Source: the human T2T-CHM13v2.0 reference genome, Homo sapiens. From it: DNA of 64,000 nucleotides. Each line of letters begins with the position of its first letter. Position 1 is the stretch's first letter. Below are positions 21,040 to 61,689 of this stretch, piece after piece. Where the stretch lies: NCBI RefSeq assembly GCF_009914755.1, contig NC_060928.1. One strand, 5' to 3'. Both the position numbers and the translations under genes were made by a program. The notes under the pieces were generated by a model, which made no database searches, was not told the DNA's origin, and saw only the letters and a list, made by a program, of their open reading frames with translations.

Positions 21040-21780
21040 ACTCATTACACTTCTAGGTACATATCCATGAGACACCAATGCATGCGACCATCAAAAACAT
21101 GAACAATAATATTTACAGAAGTTTCATTAACAATAACTAAAATTTAGAAGCAATCTAAATGTCCACCAATAGGAGAACAGATGAGCAAATGGGATACGAT
21201 ACAGACAGAAGCAACAATAATAAAATCCCTACTGATGTGGATACACATGAAAAATCTCATGACCCTCATCTTGAGCAAAAGAAACTTCACATCAAGAAAT
21301 GCATACTCTTTTATTCCATTTATATAAAGTTCAAGAACAGGCAAAACTAATCTTGTAATAAAAATCAGGGCCAGGCATGGTATCTCACACCTGTCATCCC
21401 AGCAATTTGGGAGACCGAGGCAGGCGGATCTCAGGAGTTTGAGACTAGCCTGGGCAACATGGCGGAACCCTGTCTCTACCAAAAATACAAAAAAAAAAAA
21501 ATAAGAAATTAGCTGAGCATGGTGGCACGCATGTGTAGTCCCAGCTACTTGGGAGGCTGAGGTGGGAGGATCGCTTCAGCCTGTGTGACAAAGTGAAAAA
21601 AGTCAGAATAATGGCTATCTGTTGAGAGATTAGGTACTATCTGGGAAGGGTATCAGATGACCTTGGAGCCTGTTGGACATTTTTTGAATCTTGATCTAGG
21701 TGGTAACGTCACTGGTAGATAAGCACTGTATATAAAAGCTCATTGAATTTACACTTAAGATTTGTTCACCTGATTCAATA
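21040..21780 (+). mobile_element. Old L1ME-like 3' end interrupted by an Alu
   Basis: caatctaaatgtccaccaatagga...ttccatttatataaagttcaagaacaggcaaaactaatc. Confidence 0.6.
21369..21600 (+). mobile_element. Internally deleted Alu
   Basis: Alu consensus with deletions. Confidence 0.85.
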
Positions 21781-21798
21781 TAAAATTTACCTAATTTT

Positions 21799-22419
21799 CG
21801 GCCAGCCGCCCCGTCTGGGAGGTGAGGGGCGCCTCTGCCCGGCCGCCCCTACTGGGAAGTGAGGAGCCCCTCTGCCCGGCCACCACCCCGTCTGGGAGGT
21901 GTACCCAACAGCTCATTGAGAACGGGCCAGGATGACAATGGCGGCTTTGTGGAATAGAAAGGCGGGAAAGGTGGGGGAAAGATTGAGAAATCGGATGGTT
22001 GCCGTGTCTGTGTAGAAAGAAGTAGACATGGGAGACTTTTCATTTTGTTCTGTACTAAGAAAAATTCTTCTGCCTTGGGATCCTGTTGATCTGTGACCTT
22101 ACCCCCAACCCTGTGCTCTCTGAAACATGTGCTGTGTCCACTCAGGGTTAAATGGATTAAGGGCGGTGCCAGATGTGCTTTGTTAAACAGATGCTTGAAG
22201 GCAGCATGCTCGTTAAGAGTCATCACCACTCCCTAATCTCAAGTAATCAGGGACACAAACACTGCGGAAGGCCGCAGGGTCCTCTGCCTAGGAAAACCAG
22301 AGACCTTTGTTCACTTGTTTATCTGCTGACCTTCCCTCCACTACTGTCCCATGACCCTGCCAAATCCCCCTCTGTGAGAAACACCCAAGAATTATCAATA
22401 AAAAAATAAATTAAAAAAA
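21799..22419 (+). mobile_element. 5'-truncated SVA (SVA_F-like): end of VNTR + SINE-R + poly(A)
   Basis: VNTR units ccccgtctgggaggtgagg, SINE-R, A tail; perfect 17-bp TSD aaaatttacctaatttt at 21782-21798 and 22420-22436. Confidence 0.95.
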
Positions 22420-22455
22420 AAAATTTACCTAATTTTATAAAAAGTAAGCTTCCTA

Positions 22456-22835
<380 letters not shown>

Positions 22836-23294
22836 TCAAAGAGCAGCCAAATAAGCAACTAATAAAAAGAAAGTCATTGTCTGGCTTGTGCCCAAAATGT
22901 ACTCATCAGTCTAAGACTCAGATCATTCTAAGCACCAATACTTTGACCTGCTTTCTACGGAGACCCCTGAGTATTCAACTTAGCACATCCCCAGAGGACC
23001 TTTCCTCTACACTTGGCTCATCCTCTGTGCTCCGTATTTCTCTTCCTGACATTTCTATCTGCCCGTCTCCCAAGCCACAAATTACAGCATCCCATTTTAC
23101 ACTCTATAATAACTGAATATCGTCTCATATCAATCTCTTAGCCCTTTTACTAACACTGTCTTCAAATGGGGTACAAAAATAGCTTTCTAATAGAATCCTC
23201 CCAACCCAATTTCTGGCTCCAGCATATTTTGCAAAAGGCTGTCAGTTTGATTTCCTCGCACAGTGCTTCTGGAAAGGATGGCAGTGTTGTAGAC

Positions 23295-23456
23295 CTGCTG
23301 CATCTGATATGGTCACTGCTAGCCACAGGTGGCTACTGGGTACTTAAATGTGCTCAGCTGGCTGAAGAACTGACGTTTTCATTTCATTTTGTTTTAATCA
23401 GTTTGAATTTAGTTAAGCACATGTGGCTAGTGGCTAGTGTGTTGGTCGGTACAGTT
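23295..23456. mobile_element. MER3/MER33-like hAT element
   Basis: ctagccacaggtggctactg...cacatgtggctagtggcta. Confidence 0.7.
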
Positions 23457-23647
23457 CTAGAAGGAAAGCTCTGAGCTGTGCCCCTCTCTCCAGGTGGAAT
23501 TAGATTTTATATATTCACTGACTCAGGCCTGAGCAGGACTGGTATCAGCCTAACGGCCCCTCTTCATCCAATACAAACATAATTTTGCATATCAGACTTC
23601 AAGCTGCATTTGTTCTTTTAATTCTCCTCAAGTAATTGTATAGGAAC

Positions 23648-24852
<1,205 letters not shown>

Positions 24853-25189
24853 TCATTTATGGGAAACCAATAGCCTGTAGCCATGTAGCTATTAGAATGA
24901 TTAGATTTGTACTGACACAGAAAGATGTATCAAATTATAATATGAAATCAGCAGGATCTAAAATTCTAAATATCCCAATTCTACTTTATTTTTAATATAA
25001 AAATATGTATACAATCATACAGAAATAAATAGAAAGAAAATACATTAAAATGTTAGCAGCACTGGTTTATCTCCAGGTGGTAGAATTTGATGTAGCCAAT
25101 CCAAATTTTCTCTATAACTGGTATTAACACTCTTTAAAAATGAAAACAGATTTCAATATTAAAATATTCAGTATACTTCTAAAGCCAGA

Positions 25190-27394
<2,205 letters not shown>

Positions 27395-27915
27395 TCAGGG
27401 AGAAGTCCACAGAAAGTTTCTAAGGTACTAGTTAATATCCTATTCTTTGTTGTATAAACTAGGTGACGGGTACAGAGGTGTTTTATTATTCTTAAGTCTC
27501 TTTGTGTGAACATGTGTATGCGTGTATATACACATACATTTACACACACTAATATACATGCATATATTCTGTATTTAGAGTAAAAAAAAAATCACATGCA
27601 TTAAAGTTTTGATTACACCACGGGCTGGAGTAAAGGGGAAGAGAGACTTGCAAGTAAAAATGTATGTGAGCATTTCTCTGGAGAACTATGACATCTATAA
27701 AAATTCCAATGCACATAATTTTTGATCCAGTATTTCTACCTCCAGGAAATTCACTCCACATATATAACTGCACATGTATTATATGAAATTACATTATACA
27801 AATCTATTTATTGTAACATCATGTGTTTTAGTGAAAATTTGAAAACAAATTATTGACAGGGAGCCTAATATATAAAACACACTACTGTGCTTTTGAATAC
27901 ACATGCAGCTGTAGC

Positions 27916-27925
27916 CACACACACA

Positions 27926-27963
<38 letters not shown>
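27916..27963. repeat. (CA)n microsatellite
   Basis: Directly visible. Confidence 0.95.
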
Positions 27964-27965
<2 letters not shown>

Positions 27966-27991
27966 GTCTTTAGATAGAATTTCATGAGATC

Positions 27992-28282
27992 GGCCGGAGG
28001 CGGTGGCTCACGCCTGTAATCCCCCCACTTTGGGAGGCTGAGGCAGGCAGATCTCCTGAGGCTGGGATTTCAAGACCAGCCTGGCTAACAAGGCGAAACC
28101 CTGACTCTACTAAAAATACAAAATTAGCCGGGCGTGGTGGCGCATGCCTGTAATTCCAGCTACCCAGGAGGCTGAGGCAGGAAAATTGCTTGAACCCACC
28201 AGACGGAGGTTGTGTGAGCCGAGATCGCACCACTGCACTCCAACCTGGGTGAAAATGAGACTTTTTCTCAAAAAAAAAAAAA
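27992..28282 (+). mobile_element. Alu
   Basis: Alu consensus. Confidence 0.92.
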
Positions 28283-28797
28283 TAATTTCATAATATATTA
28301 TTTGGGGAAAAATATATAGAAAAGTATGACATAATTGGTTTATTAAAAAGAAATATATACATTCAGACTCTCTGTAGAGGGATATCTGATAGAGAAATAG
28401 ATATGGAAAGTGTATTATCTATTCAAGAAATAAGTTTTAAAAACAAGTTTCCACATAGACTTGTAATTTAATGATCATACCAAATTAACTGCATCTTGTG
28501 ATTATACGTAGAATGATTTCAGTCACACAAATTAAAACCTTAACAGAGGAAAGGGAATTGCAAAAAATATTCTCTATCAAATTAATTATACTTGTATTGG
28601 GGTAATGAAACTCAGAGGGGCAGTTCATATTTCTCCATTTTTATAATGAAAGTTCACAGATTTGTAATACACTTAGTGTGTTTCATAAGCTATAATAGAG
28701 AGTTGTCCTGACAATATTTGAAGAAAAATGACATTAGTTCCTTCCTCCTGTGTAGGAAAAACATTCAGTTGCTCTTCCAGGTCATTCAACAAAGACC

Positions 28798-29102
<305 letters not shown>

Positions 29103-29290
29103 ATGACCTTTTCTTTTTTTAACCTCAGCTTTTTATTTTGAAAAAAGCCAAATCTCAGTAAAGTTGAAAAAGAATTCTAATGACCATCTCTACATATGTC
29201 CATGTTTTGCAAAATTGGGCTTATCACTTTCTCGCTGTTCTCAGACACACATACACATTCAGGCTCTTGTTTTGATTTGACAAAAATCAG

Positions 29291-31021
<1,731 letters not shown>

Positions 31022-31457
31022 CTTGACAAGGCCAGATGACATTCCCAATTTGTTTTTATAAATAGTAGAGAAACTTCGCTGGAGGAGGAGGGTCACACAT
31101 AGCAAGAGCAGAGGGCTTGGTGCATCTTCCATTCCAGATGCTACTGAGAATGTGCAAATCAGTGTCACGACGGATCCCAAAGGTTTCATTTCAAACTGAG
31201 CCATGGACATTTTATAGTGCCTAACTTACTATTCAAAAATACTCACACACACAGTTTTGTTTGTAACATTTCCACTCATAGAAATTCCACAGGCTTTGGT
31301 ATAGGAAGTGTCAGCGGAACACACCTTTACCCTGGGGTAAAAAGCATAGTCTTCCCTCACAGTTAATGCTCTCAATCTTCTGATTCTGGGTGTCTGGTAG
31401 ATCTTGTGTCCCCAGAGGATAAATCAATGTATTTTAAAAGTATTAATAATCAGTTTA

Positions 31458-31815
31458 CAGCCATGCATTGTTTTATAATGGGGACATATGCTGAGAAATG
31501 CATCATTAGGCAATTGTGCATTGTGTGAACATCATAGAGTGTACTTACACAAACAGATGGTGTAGCCTCCTAACACACCTAGATTATTTGGTACAGCCTA
31601 TTGCTCCTAGGTACAAACCTGTCCAGCATATGACTGTACTGAAAATGTAGGCTGAAAATTTTATTTTACATATGTAGGCAGCTGTAACACAATGTAAATA
31701 TTTGTGTTTCTAAACCTGGAAGAAGCACAGTAAAAATACAGTATTATAATCTCATGAGACCACCGTCGTATATGTCCGCAGTTGACTGGAGCCGTCATTA
31801 GGCAGCATATGACTG
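31458..31815 (+). mobile_element. Tigger3a-like DNA transposon
   Basis: TA|cagccatgc...atgactg|TA termini; Tigger3a internal sequence. Confidence 0.85.
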
Positions 31816-32432
31816 TAGTCCATTAATTTTAAGTATTCAAAACAATTTCCATCCATTCACAATTCAAACAATTGCTCACAATTTTGTACAGCTATTAATC
31901 CAGGAAACCATTAGCCTAGGAAGCCAAATGTTTAGTTAGACACAAGTTTAGGGAAACATTTGAGTATTGCTGGAGGACAAAAGCACTCACTAAATAACCA
32001 GTGGCTGATTACCGGCCTCTGGACCATGGCCAGTTGGAATAGCTCCATGTCATTCTTTCTTTCTTTCTCTTTTTTTTAAGTTTTGTTATTACAAGAATAA
32101 TTTTCTATATTAGACTGTTTTCACTTTATTAACTTTATCATAAGTATGCCAACTTCTGCAAACTTGGAGCAATTGCAATAATCTATTGATTTATTTTCAC
32201 CAAATTTTCACTTTATTTGCCCAGAATTCAAGCTTGTCTGTTAATTTCCCAGGTCTTCAATGACTTGTCTCTTATTGGCTAGCATCTCCTTATTTTCCTT
32301 GTTCAATTAGTAAGGTTTTCCTTATTATATTACTTTTTTGGGGGGCCTTTCTCTGTTAGTATATAGATTTTCTCCTGAGAGCTAAAAATCTTCATAACAC
32401 CTTAGTCAATATACCTTTGAAAAAACCCCTTA

Positions 32433-33472
<1,040 letters not shown>

Positions 33473-35401
33473 GGATTATCTTTTACCTTTTACTTGCTAC
33501 AGATAACTTCCCTGCCACCTCATTCCAATATAGTCAAAGCAACATTTTATTAAGCCATCAACACCTTTGTTTTTTATGGAGTTAACAGTTCTCTCTATAT
33601 ATATTTAGTTTTTTTTTCCTAGTGTACCAAACACAGATTCATCCCTTATACTGTCCTATGGAGCTATAAAGCTTTTCTTGACATAGCCAAACGGCTAGGA
33701 AATAATCAATTCTATTTATTTTTTCCTTCAAGGTACCCTTCTGTGAATCTTCCACCTTTTGTTCTAATTAGGGCCAACTGATGCTGTCGTCCTGGGAATT
33801 TTCCCATTCACCATCACTTTGCTAATTCCTTCACCTCTTTGCTTTCCTGTACTCAGGAGACATCCTTGGCAAAACTTAATGGTTGCTGGGTCATGATGAA
33901 ATATTATAGGCATACTAGAGAAGCTGCTTGATTAAGTAGCCATCAGTTCGACAAAACAAAAAACAAAAACAAACAAAAGCTAATTTGTAGAGTTTTTTAG
34001 ATAAAATTGTCCTGTGAAACTTCAAAATCAAGCTTCCTCATCTGTTCATTAATGCTGAGATCTTTGTTTTGTTCCTTCAGGTAAGGCAAATACCCGACAT
34101 ACAGGGATTGTTTAATAAACACTTTCTGGGTTTCTTGTTCATTCATTTAACGCCTTTGCCATCATGGGGTTTCCATTCCAGACAGGAAGTTAAATACATA
34201 ATGTTAAATCAGGTCATGATTAATGCTACAAAGAAAATAATGTAGGGTAAGAGGTAAGAGAATGAGTGGGGATTGGAGAGAATGTTCAGGGAGGGCGCTC
34301 TTTGTGGAGGACAGATCAAGAAAGGCCTGTGTGGTGGCAGCCAGCTGGAGCCTAGCACTGCGGTCCAGATGAAAGATCACAGCCTCAACTAGTGTGGTCA
34401 AAGGGAGGATGGCGAGTGTTTGCTGAGGGACATATATGGATGGTAGAGCTGACAGTCTTTGCTGATAGATTGAACACAGAATGGCAGCAAAATAAAGGAT
34501 GGCTCCAAAGTCTGTGCTGTCAGAATGAGCCCCTGAAGCTTTTAGAATGCACGGGGTGCCTGCGAGGGTGGCACATTTGGGAATCTAGTTGGCTCTGACT
34601 GAAGCTATGGAGAAACGTGGCAAAGAAGTGAGGAAGAAAGGATGCTGAGGCGGGCTTAGGAGGCCCTTTATTAAAGCCTGGCTGTGTTTATAATCGCAGG
34701 CAAGAAGGGAAGCTAATGTAGTAATTCAGAAGGATGAAGAGAACTAAATTGAGGAAATAGGTTTTCATTTTTATCAAGCAATTCATCATTGACTACGACT
34801 CCACATTAATTCAGCTCTACCCATAAAGCCAATTAAATTACCCCAAGAAATCAATAAAAACACAGGCAGGGTGGGGAAGACATTCTTGATGAACATTCAC
34901 ACGTCTTTTTTATAAGTATTTGGGAAGAGATTTCGGGCTAAAGGGGTGAAGCATGTTCCCTACATCACTGTAGACCTAGGAAACGAATTCTATTTCTCCT
35001 TTTCCCTCCATACAAGCAATCTAACTCCACAATGAAGATAGGGACAGCACATTCTCAGGGGAAATTGACATGGACAGTTCCTGGACTATAGCTCACTCCT
35101 ATCTGAAGCTCTGAATGTTAACATCCAATGTAGGAACAGCTTTTAGCTTCAGAAATTCCACAGGCCAAAGAACAATGATAACCATTAAGAAGATTGCAAC
35201 AGGAGCTTTTACCTCCACCCTCTTTTTCAAATACAAAGTTCTCTTGTATCTCTGAGTATCTGGAATGACCACATAGTTCTCCTATCTGAAATAAGACAGA
35301 CACACAAAACAGGGTAATCTAGCTGACCAGAGAGTGCTGGGATAAACACAAAGCTCACTAAAACGGTTAGGGAGGGGAAAAGCTTATTCACATAGTTTTA
35401 A

Positions 35402-35830
<429 letters not shown>

Positions 35831-37027
35831 TGGTTTTAACCTGTTTTTTAATTAAAAATTTTATTTTACATAAATACACTTTTTGAAAATAATTTTAAGT
35901 TTCCATCAACGGCTTCCTTTGAGTAATGTGAACCTCACTTCCACATCTTTGCCAGGCCTCGACTTCCCCAACTCTCCCCTCCAGTGAGCCTGTTATCTGT
36001 CTGCAAATACTTTTAACGAGATACAATTTGTGTGGTTGGAAAGAATAAACAGCCCAGGTTTCAAGAGTCTGAATATCACTCTCTGGAGATTTTGAATGTA
36101 TTGGCTCTATTTCTGACTCAGTTAAAAAAAAAAAGTACTGCCACTTAGGGTAGATGAGGTCATAGAAAGCATTCTGAACCTTCCCTGGCAGGTAGCAAAT
36201 GTACGACAAACTGAAATTGCTATTTTGAAAGGAGAAGCAATATTTACATTTACATCCTTTCTATTTATCATTCTACCACATCCATCTATCATTACAGAGA
36301 ATTCCTTCTTCTCATGTGAGGTTAAATTTCCAATCTCATACTTGATTTTTTCCAGGTCAAAAGTCTCATTCTCTTATATATGTTCCAATTTGTCGAGGCA
36401 TAACTGAAATGCAAATTTACCCATGTTTTGCCGTTACCCACCTACGTGTTTTTTAACTTCCATGTACCATTGATAATATTTATCACATTCCAGTCAGAAA
36501 ATCCGAAAAATCAAAGCTTCAAATTCCTTCCTTATTCCCTGTGAATTCTTATCTCCTCTCTATCCTGTAATTCCTTTTCCTGCTTTGTGCAAGATCAAAA
36601 AATTAACTGCAGTGAGGTCACTTACCTCTCTCCTTCTTTCAGCCCTACACAGACTATTTCAAGCTGACTGCCCTGCCTTTCCATTGAAGACAGAAGGAGC
36701 TGGTCTAGATTCCTATGAGCTGTGAGATTTCCTGAGCCTCTCCCGCTAATCCTTAACCCAGAAATGTATTCGTCATTTGGCTATAAAAAAACTCACAGCT
36801 TGACATCCCTGCACATGTAAGAGCACTTTTTCCAAGTTATAACTACAGAACAAAACTAGATATTCTACTTTATTGATACATTTGTTGTCCAAGGTACATT
36901 TACCATATACAAATACAGAGACATCTTTTCAGTGTAGTGAGGTAATCCCAGGCGTTCCATAGCACTGGAGGCCCCACTGGCCAAAGGCTTCCTAGGTCTA
37001 CTTAGCTCAAATATCCAACTCTTACAC

Positions 37028-38621
<1,594 letters not shown>

Positions 38622-38881
38622 TTAGATACAAAACTGGTTAAAACCCCACAAGGCTATAAAATGAAAACCTTTGAGATGATCTTTTTCTACCAGACCGTCT
38701 ACAGATTTTTTGGACTTTTTTCCTTAATCACTTCCTCCCTCATGAAATTTTACTACCACATACATACTGCATATGTTTATGGACTGGGCTCTTTTGGAGG
38801 GCCCTAGCCACAGTAATATATAAGACTTTTTTCACCTCTCATGAACCGATTTTTACCAATTGAACTCATGGGTTAGAAGTA

Positions 38882-39557
38882 CAATCATGTGTGTGTCTCC
38901 CCAGTTCCTGAGAAATGCATCCTTAGGCGATTTGTCCTTGTGCAAATGTCAGTGTACTTACACACACCTGAATGGCACTGCCTGCTGCACCCCTAGGCCA
39001 TATGGTATAGTGTAGCCTGTTGTCCCCCTGGGCTATATGGTGTAGCCTGTTGCCCCCCTAGGCTATATGGTGTAGCCTGTTGCCCCCCTAGGCTATATGG
39101 TGTAGCCTGTTGCCCGCCTAGGCTATATGGTGTAGCCTGTTGCCCGCCTAGGCTATATGGTGTAGCCTGTTGCCCCCCTAGGCTATATGGTGTAGCCTGT
39201 TGCCCCCTAGGCTATATGGTGTAGCCTGTTGCCCCCCTAGGCTGTGTGGTGTAGCCTGTTGCCCCCCTAGGCTATGTGGTGTAGCCTGTTGCCCGCCTAG
39301 GCTATATGGTGTAGCCTGTTGCCCCCTAGGCTATATGGTGTAGCCTGTTGCCCCCTAGGCTATATGGTGTAGCCTGTTGCCCTCTCTAGGCTACAAACCT
39401 GTACAGCAGGTTACTGGACTGCATACTGTAACACAATGGTTTTGTGTATCTAAACATAGAAAAGGTACAGTAAAAATATAGTATTGTAATCTTGTGGGAC
39501 CACCATCATATATATGATCTATCATTGACCAAAACACTATTATGCAACACTTAACTG
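38882..39557 (+). mobile_element. Tigger3a-like DNA transposon with internal minisatellite
   Basis: Same internal sequence as 31458-31815; TA flanks. Confidence 0.85.
38993..39393. repeat. Minisatellite, 29-30 bp unit GGCTATATGGTGTAGCCTGTTGCCCCCCTA, about 13 copies
   Basis: Directly visible tandem array. Confidence 0.97.
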
Positions 39558-39815
39558 TATACATTTAGGGGTCACTGCTGAGGAGTTGATAGTTTTGGCT
39601 GTGGATATGAGGTTCACTTAGAAGTGAATGAGAAGTGAGATCCTAGGAAGGAACATGAAGTATTTACTACATATTTAAAAGGAAAGATGCATTTGGCACA
39701 ATGGTAGGAAAATGAGGACAGTGCACATCCTATAGGTCAAGGAAGAATATATTAAGGATAAAGAGATTAATAGCATTGACTACTTCTGAGAGCTTGAGTA
39801 ATATGAAATGGAAGT

Positions 39816-40815
<1,000 letters not shown>

Positions 40816-40902
40816 CTACATTAGCTTTTTAAAAGTTAATTTTAGAAGGTCCTGATTGAGGAATAGTTTCAATATTGAAAAGAGAAAACGAATCACCTAT
40901 AG

Positions 40903-41097
40903 CAGGGGTAGGCAAACTGTGGCCCCTGTTTTTATAAAGTTTTATTGGAAGAGTAGAGCCACATGCATTAATGTAAGCACTGTCCTGGCTGTGTATGCAC
41001 TAGAGCAGCAGAGTTAGTTTCAAGAGGGACAGTACGACCAATAAAGTCTAAGATATTAATTACCTAGTTTTTTACAGAAAAAGTTTGCCAAGCCCTG
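40903..41097. mobile_element. MER58A-like hAT element
   Basis: caggggtaggcaaact...aaagtttgccaagccctg inverted termini. Confidence 0.8.
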
Positions 41098-41498
41098 ATC
41101 TCCAGGTGAGGATTTCCTAAAAGCCCTCAGGAATTTGGAGGAAATACAAGGTAGGAAAAAATTGGTTTATTGCAAGACAGAAGAAAGGAGAAAGAATAGG
41201 TGAAGGTGAATTTGCAATTTGTTGCTCAAAAGATGAGAAATGTTGACTGCTGGGCTCCTTGAAAGATTGATCATCCGAAAATCCTGTTGATCGAACAAAG
41301 CTTTAGAGCTTTGACAGAGTCAGGCTCTCTGTCATAAGCACACAACCTGACAGTCTTATCAGTGTGTCAGATGGAGAAAGAGGGGAAAGACACAGGGTCT
41401 GGGTTGGAAGGTTCAAAGGGGGTCTTGCAGGATGTAGAACTAGTTGGAATTGGAGTTTTTGGACATTATGAATGCATTTTTTAAAAATATGGATGAAA

Positions 41499-44533
<3,035 letters not shown>

Positions 44534-44966
44534 TTTAAAAATATTCACATTTTCCACAACTCCTTCTTATCCACATAAAATATCTATATAAATTATTATT
44601 CTCTATTTGGAATAAAACACTTTAGGAAGTCCTGATACTCACTGTCAGTAATGGACACCTGTTCCGCATGGTGGCATGCTCATATCTAAAGTCCCGCTTT
44701 CATTCCTGATTATACCTGATTCTGCAAATGTTTTCAGAAATACATCAAGTTCCTAACCTAGTTCTAAGGACCCCAGACTGTATTTCTTCTCTAATTCCCC
44801 AAGCTTACGATGCATATGCATTTTTTCTCATTAGCATAGGATCTCCCCGTTATTATCATTCATGATTCAGGTTAAGTGCAACCTCTTCCACTACACACAG
44901 GTGTTGACAGTTACACAAATGCAAAGGCTCTGGATATTAAATCAGGCTCCTACTCCTGGAACGCTT

Positions 44967-44972
44967 TTTATT
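44967..44972 (-). terminator. TRIML2 polyadenylation signal AATAAA
   Basis: TTTATT on + strand, about 85 nt after the stop codon. Confidence 0.75.
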
Positions 44973-45054
44973 GGGTTAGTTTACACAAATTCTTTCAAAG
45001 TCTTGTTCTCCAACTTTCTGGTGTCTCGTGGTCTTGGATTTTACACACAGAAGA

Positions 45055-59054
<14,000 letters not shown>

Positions 59055-59276
59055 CCTGGTAGGGGTCCCTAGTTGAAGACTGGACTGTATGCTTCTACTG
59101 AGGTATCTCCCTGCACTGTGAATGAGAAAAAATGGTGGCTTCCTTTGTTTTCTGGAGCAGGCACACACACTTGGCAACTTCAGAGTCCACGAAGATCCAA
59201 GGAAATAAGTCCACGCAGACAGAGCGGGTCGGCGCTCTGGACTCCTCAAATCCAACAAATTTCTGGCAGCTGCCTG
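59055..59276 (-). other. TRIML2: TRIML2 5'UTR part of the ATG exon, containing a degenerate RING remnant
   Basis: CTAAC branch point + pyrimidine tract + AAG/CAG tandem acceptor at 59274-59279; RING-like decayed translation (see findings). Confidence 0.7.
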
Positions 59277-59548
59277 CTTGGGGAAAAGACAGAGTTAGGC
59301 CAGTGTTCTAAGACCAGCGGGTTTCCCTCAGGTCTTCTGACAATCTTGAACAATAGGCTGAAAATTAATTACAAGGAACAGCACTCACTTATGAGTCATT
59401 CAGGGGAAAACAGTGCTCTAAAGGCATCGCGCTAATTACTGAAGGAACTTCAGGACTAGAGTGAGGTAACAGAGTACGAAAGAGGTTCGTTGATAGAATT
59501 ACAGAAAAAAACCACAAGTATCTGAAAAAGTTATTAAAATACTTTCCC

Positions 59549-60034
<486 letters not shown>

Positions 60035-60177
60035 GAAAACGGCTCTTCTAAGAAGCCATCAATTAAAGAGATTTGCAAAACAGTGAAGCCAAAGCCACTC
60101 TTCTCAATAATTGTTTCCGAAATAAAATTTCAGGAGTGACGTGACGCGCTGCCCGCGGTCTGGCCGCGAGCGCCCTC

Positions 60178-60994
<817 letters not shown>

Positions 60995-61689
60995 TTGTTT
61001 TTATTATTTTAAATGAATAACTATAAAATGCAGTTTTAAATTTCTAATACAGTAAACATAGATATTAACGCTCATAAACAAAAGCTTATTGGGATCTTCG
61101 TCAATAATGAGTGCAAAGGAGTACTGATTCCAAAAAGTTGAGAATCTTGGCCTGAAAAGGCATATTCCCCACAAATAGGACTGTGAATGAATGCATCCAT
61201 AATTTTGATATGTTTTGTCAGTTTCCCAAGCACAAAAGTTGTACAATTTTGCACTCCAAGCAACAAATTAGAAAGATGTTAAACTTTTGGATCATTGCCC
61301 ACTGGCTGGGTGAGAAATAGTGTATTCATATATTTTCAACTTCCATCTGTTATATTATTAATATGTCTAAGCCTTTTATTTTCATATGCTAAAAAACCAT
61401 TTTCACTTCTTTTGCTGTGAAGTCTATGTTCAAGCCTCTCTCTCAGTTTATTCCATCAGGTTTGGCCTTTTTGGAGGGAGGGGTCAATTTTAAGAGAGAG
61501 CTATAGATCCAAGTTCCTGTAAATTGTGTGAGTTGCAAATACTTTCTCCCTCCTTCCTTGTTTTTGATGCTCTCATCCTTTCTTCTGCTTAGGTCTTTGA
61601 AATCCCTGCTGGTTTCCCGTGTCTTAGGTCCCTGAACATGTCCGAGATGACTCCACTGAGTCACCAAAACAAAGAAATTCACCAACTCA

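Noticed and set aside
21849-22229. 126-aa ORF MVMTLNEHAAFKHLF
   Set aside because: Antisense reading of the SVA SINE-R, common to many SVAs
34060-34086. + strand pyrimidine tract-CAG|GTAAGG resembling a recursive splice site
   Set aside because: No known + strand host transcript; an isolated motif is expected by chance
38993-39393. Regular ~30-bp array resembling CRISPR
   Set aside because: No unique spacers, no cas genes, eukaryotic context; derived from Tigger3a
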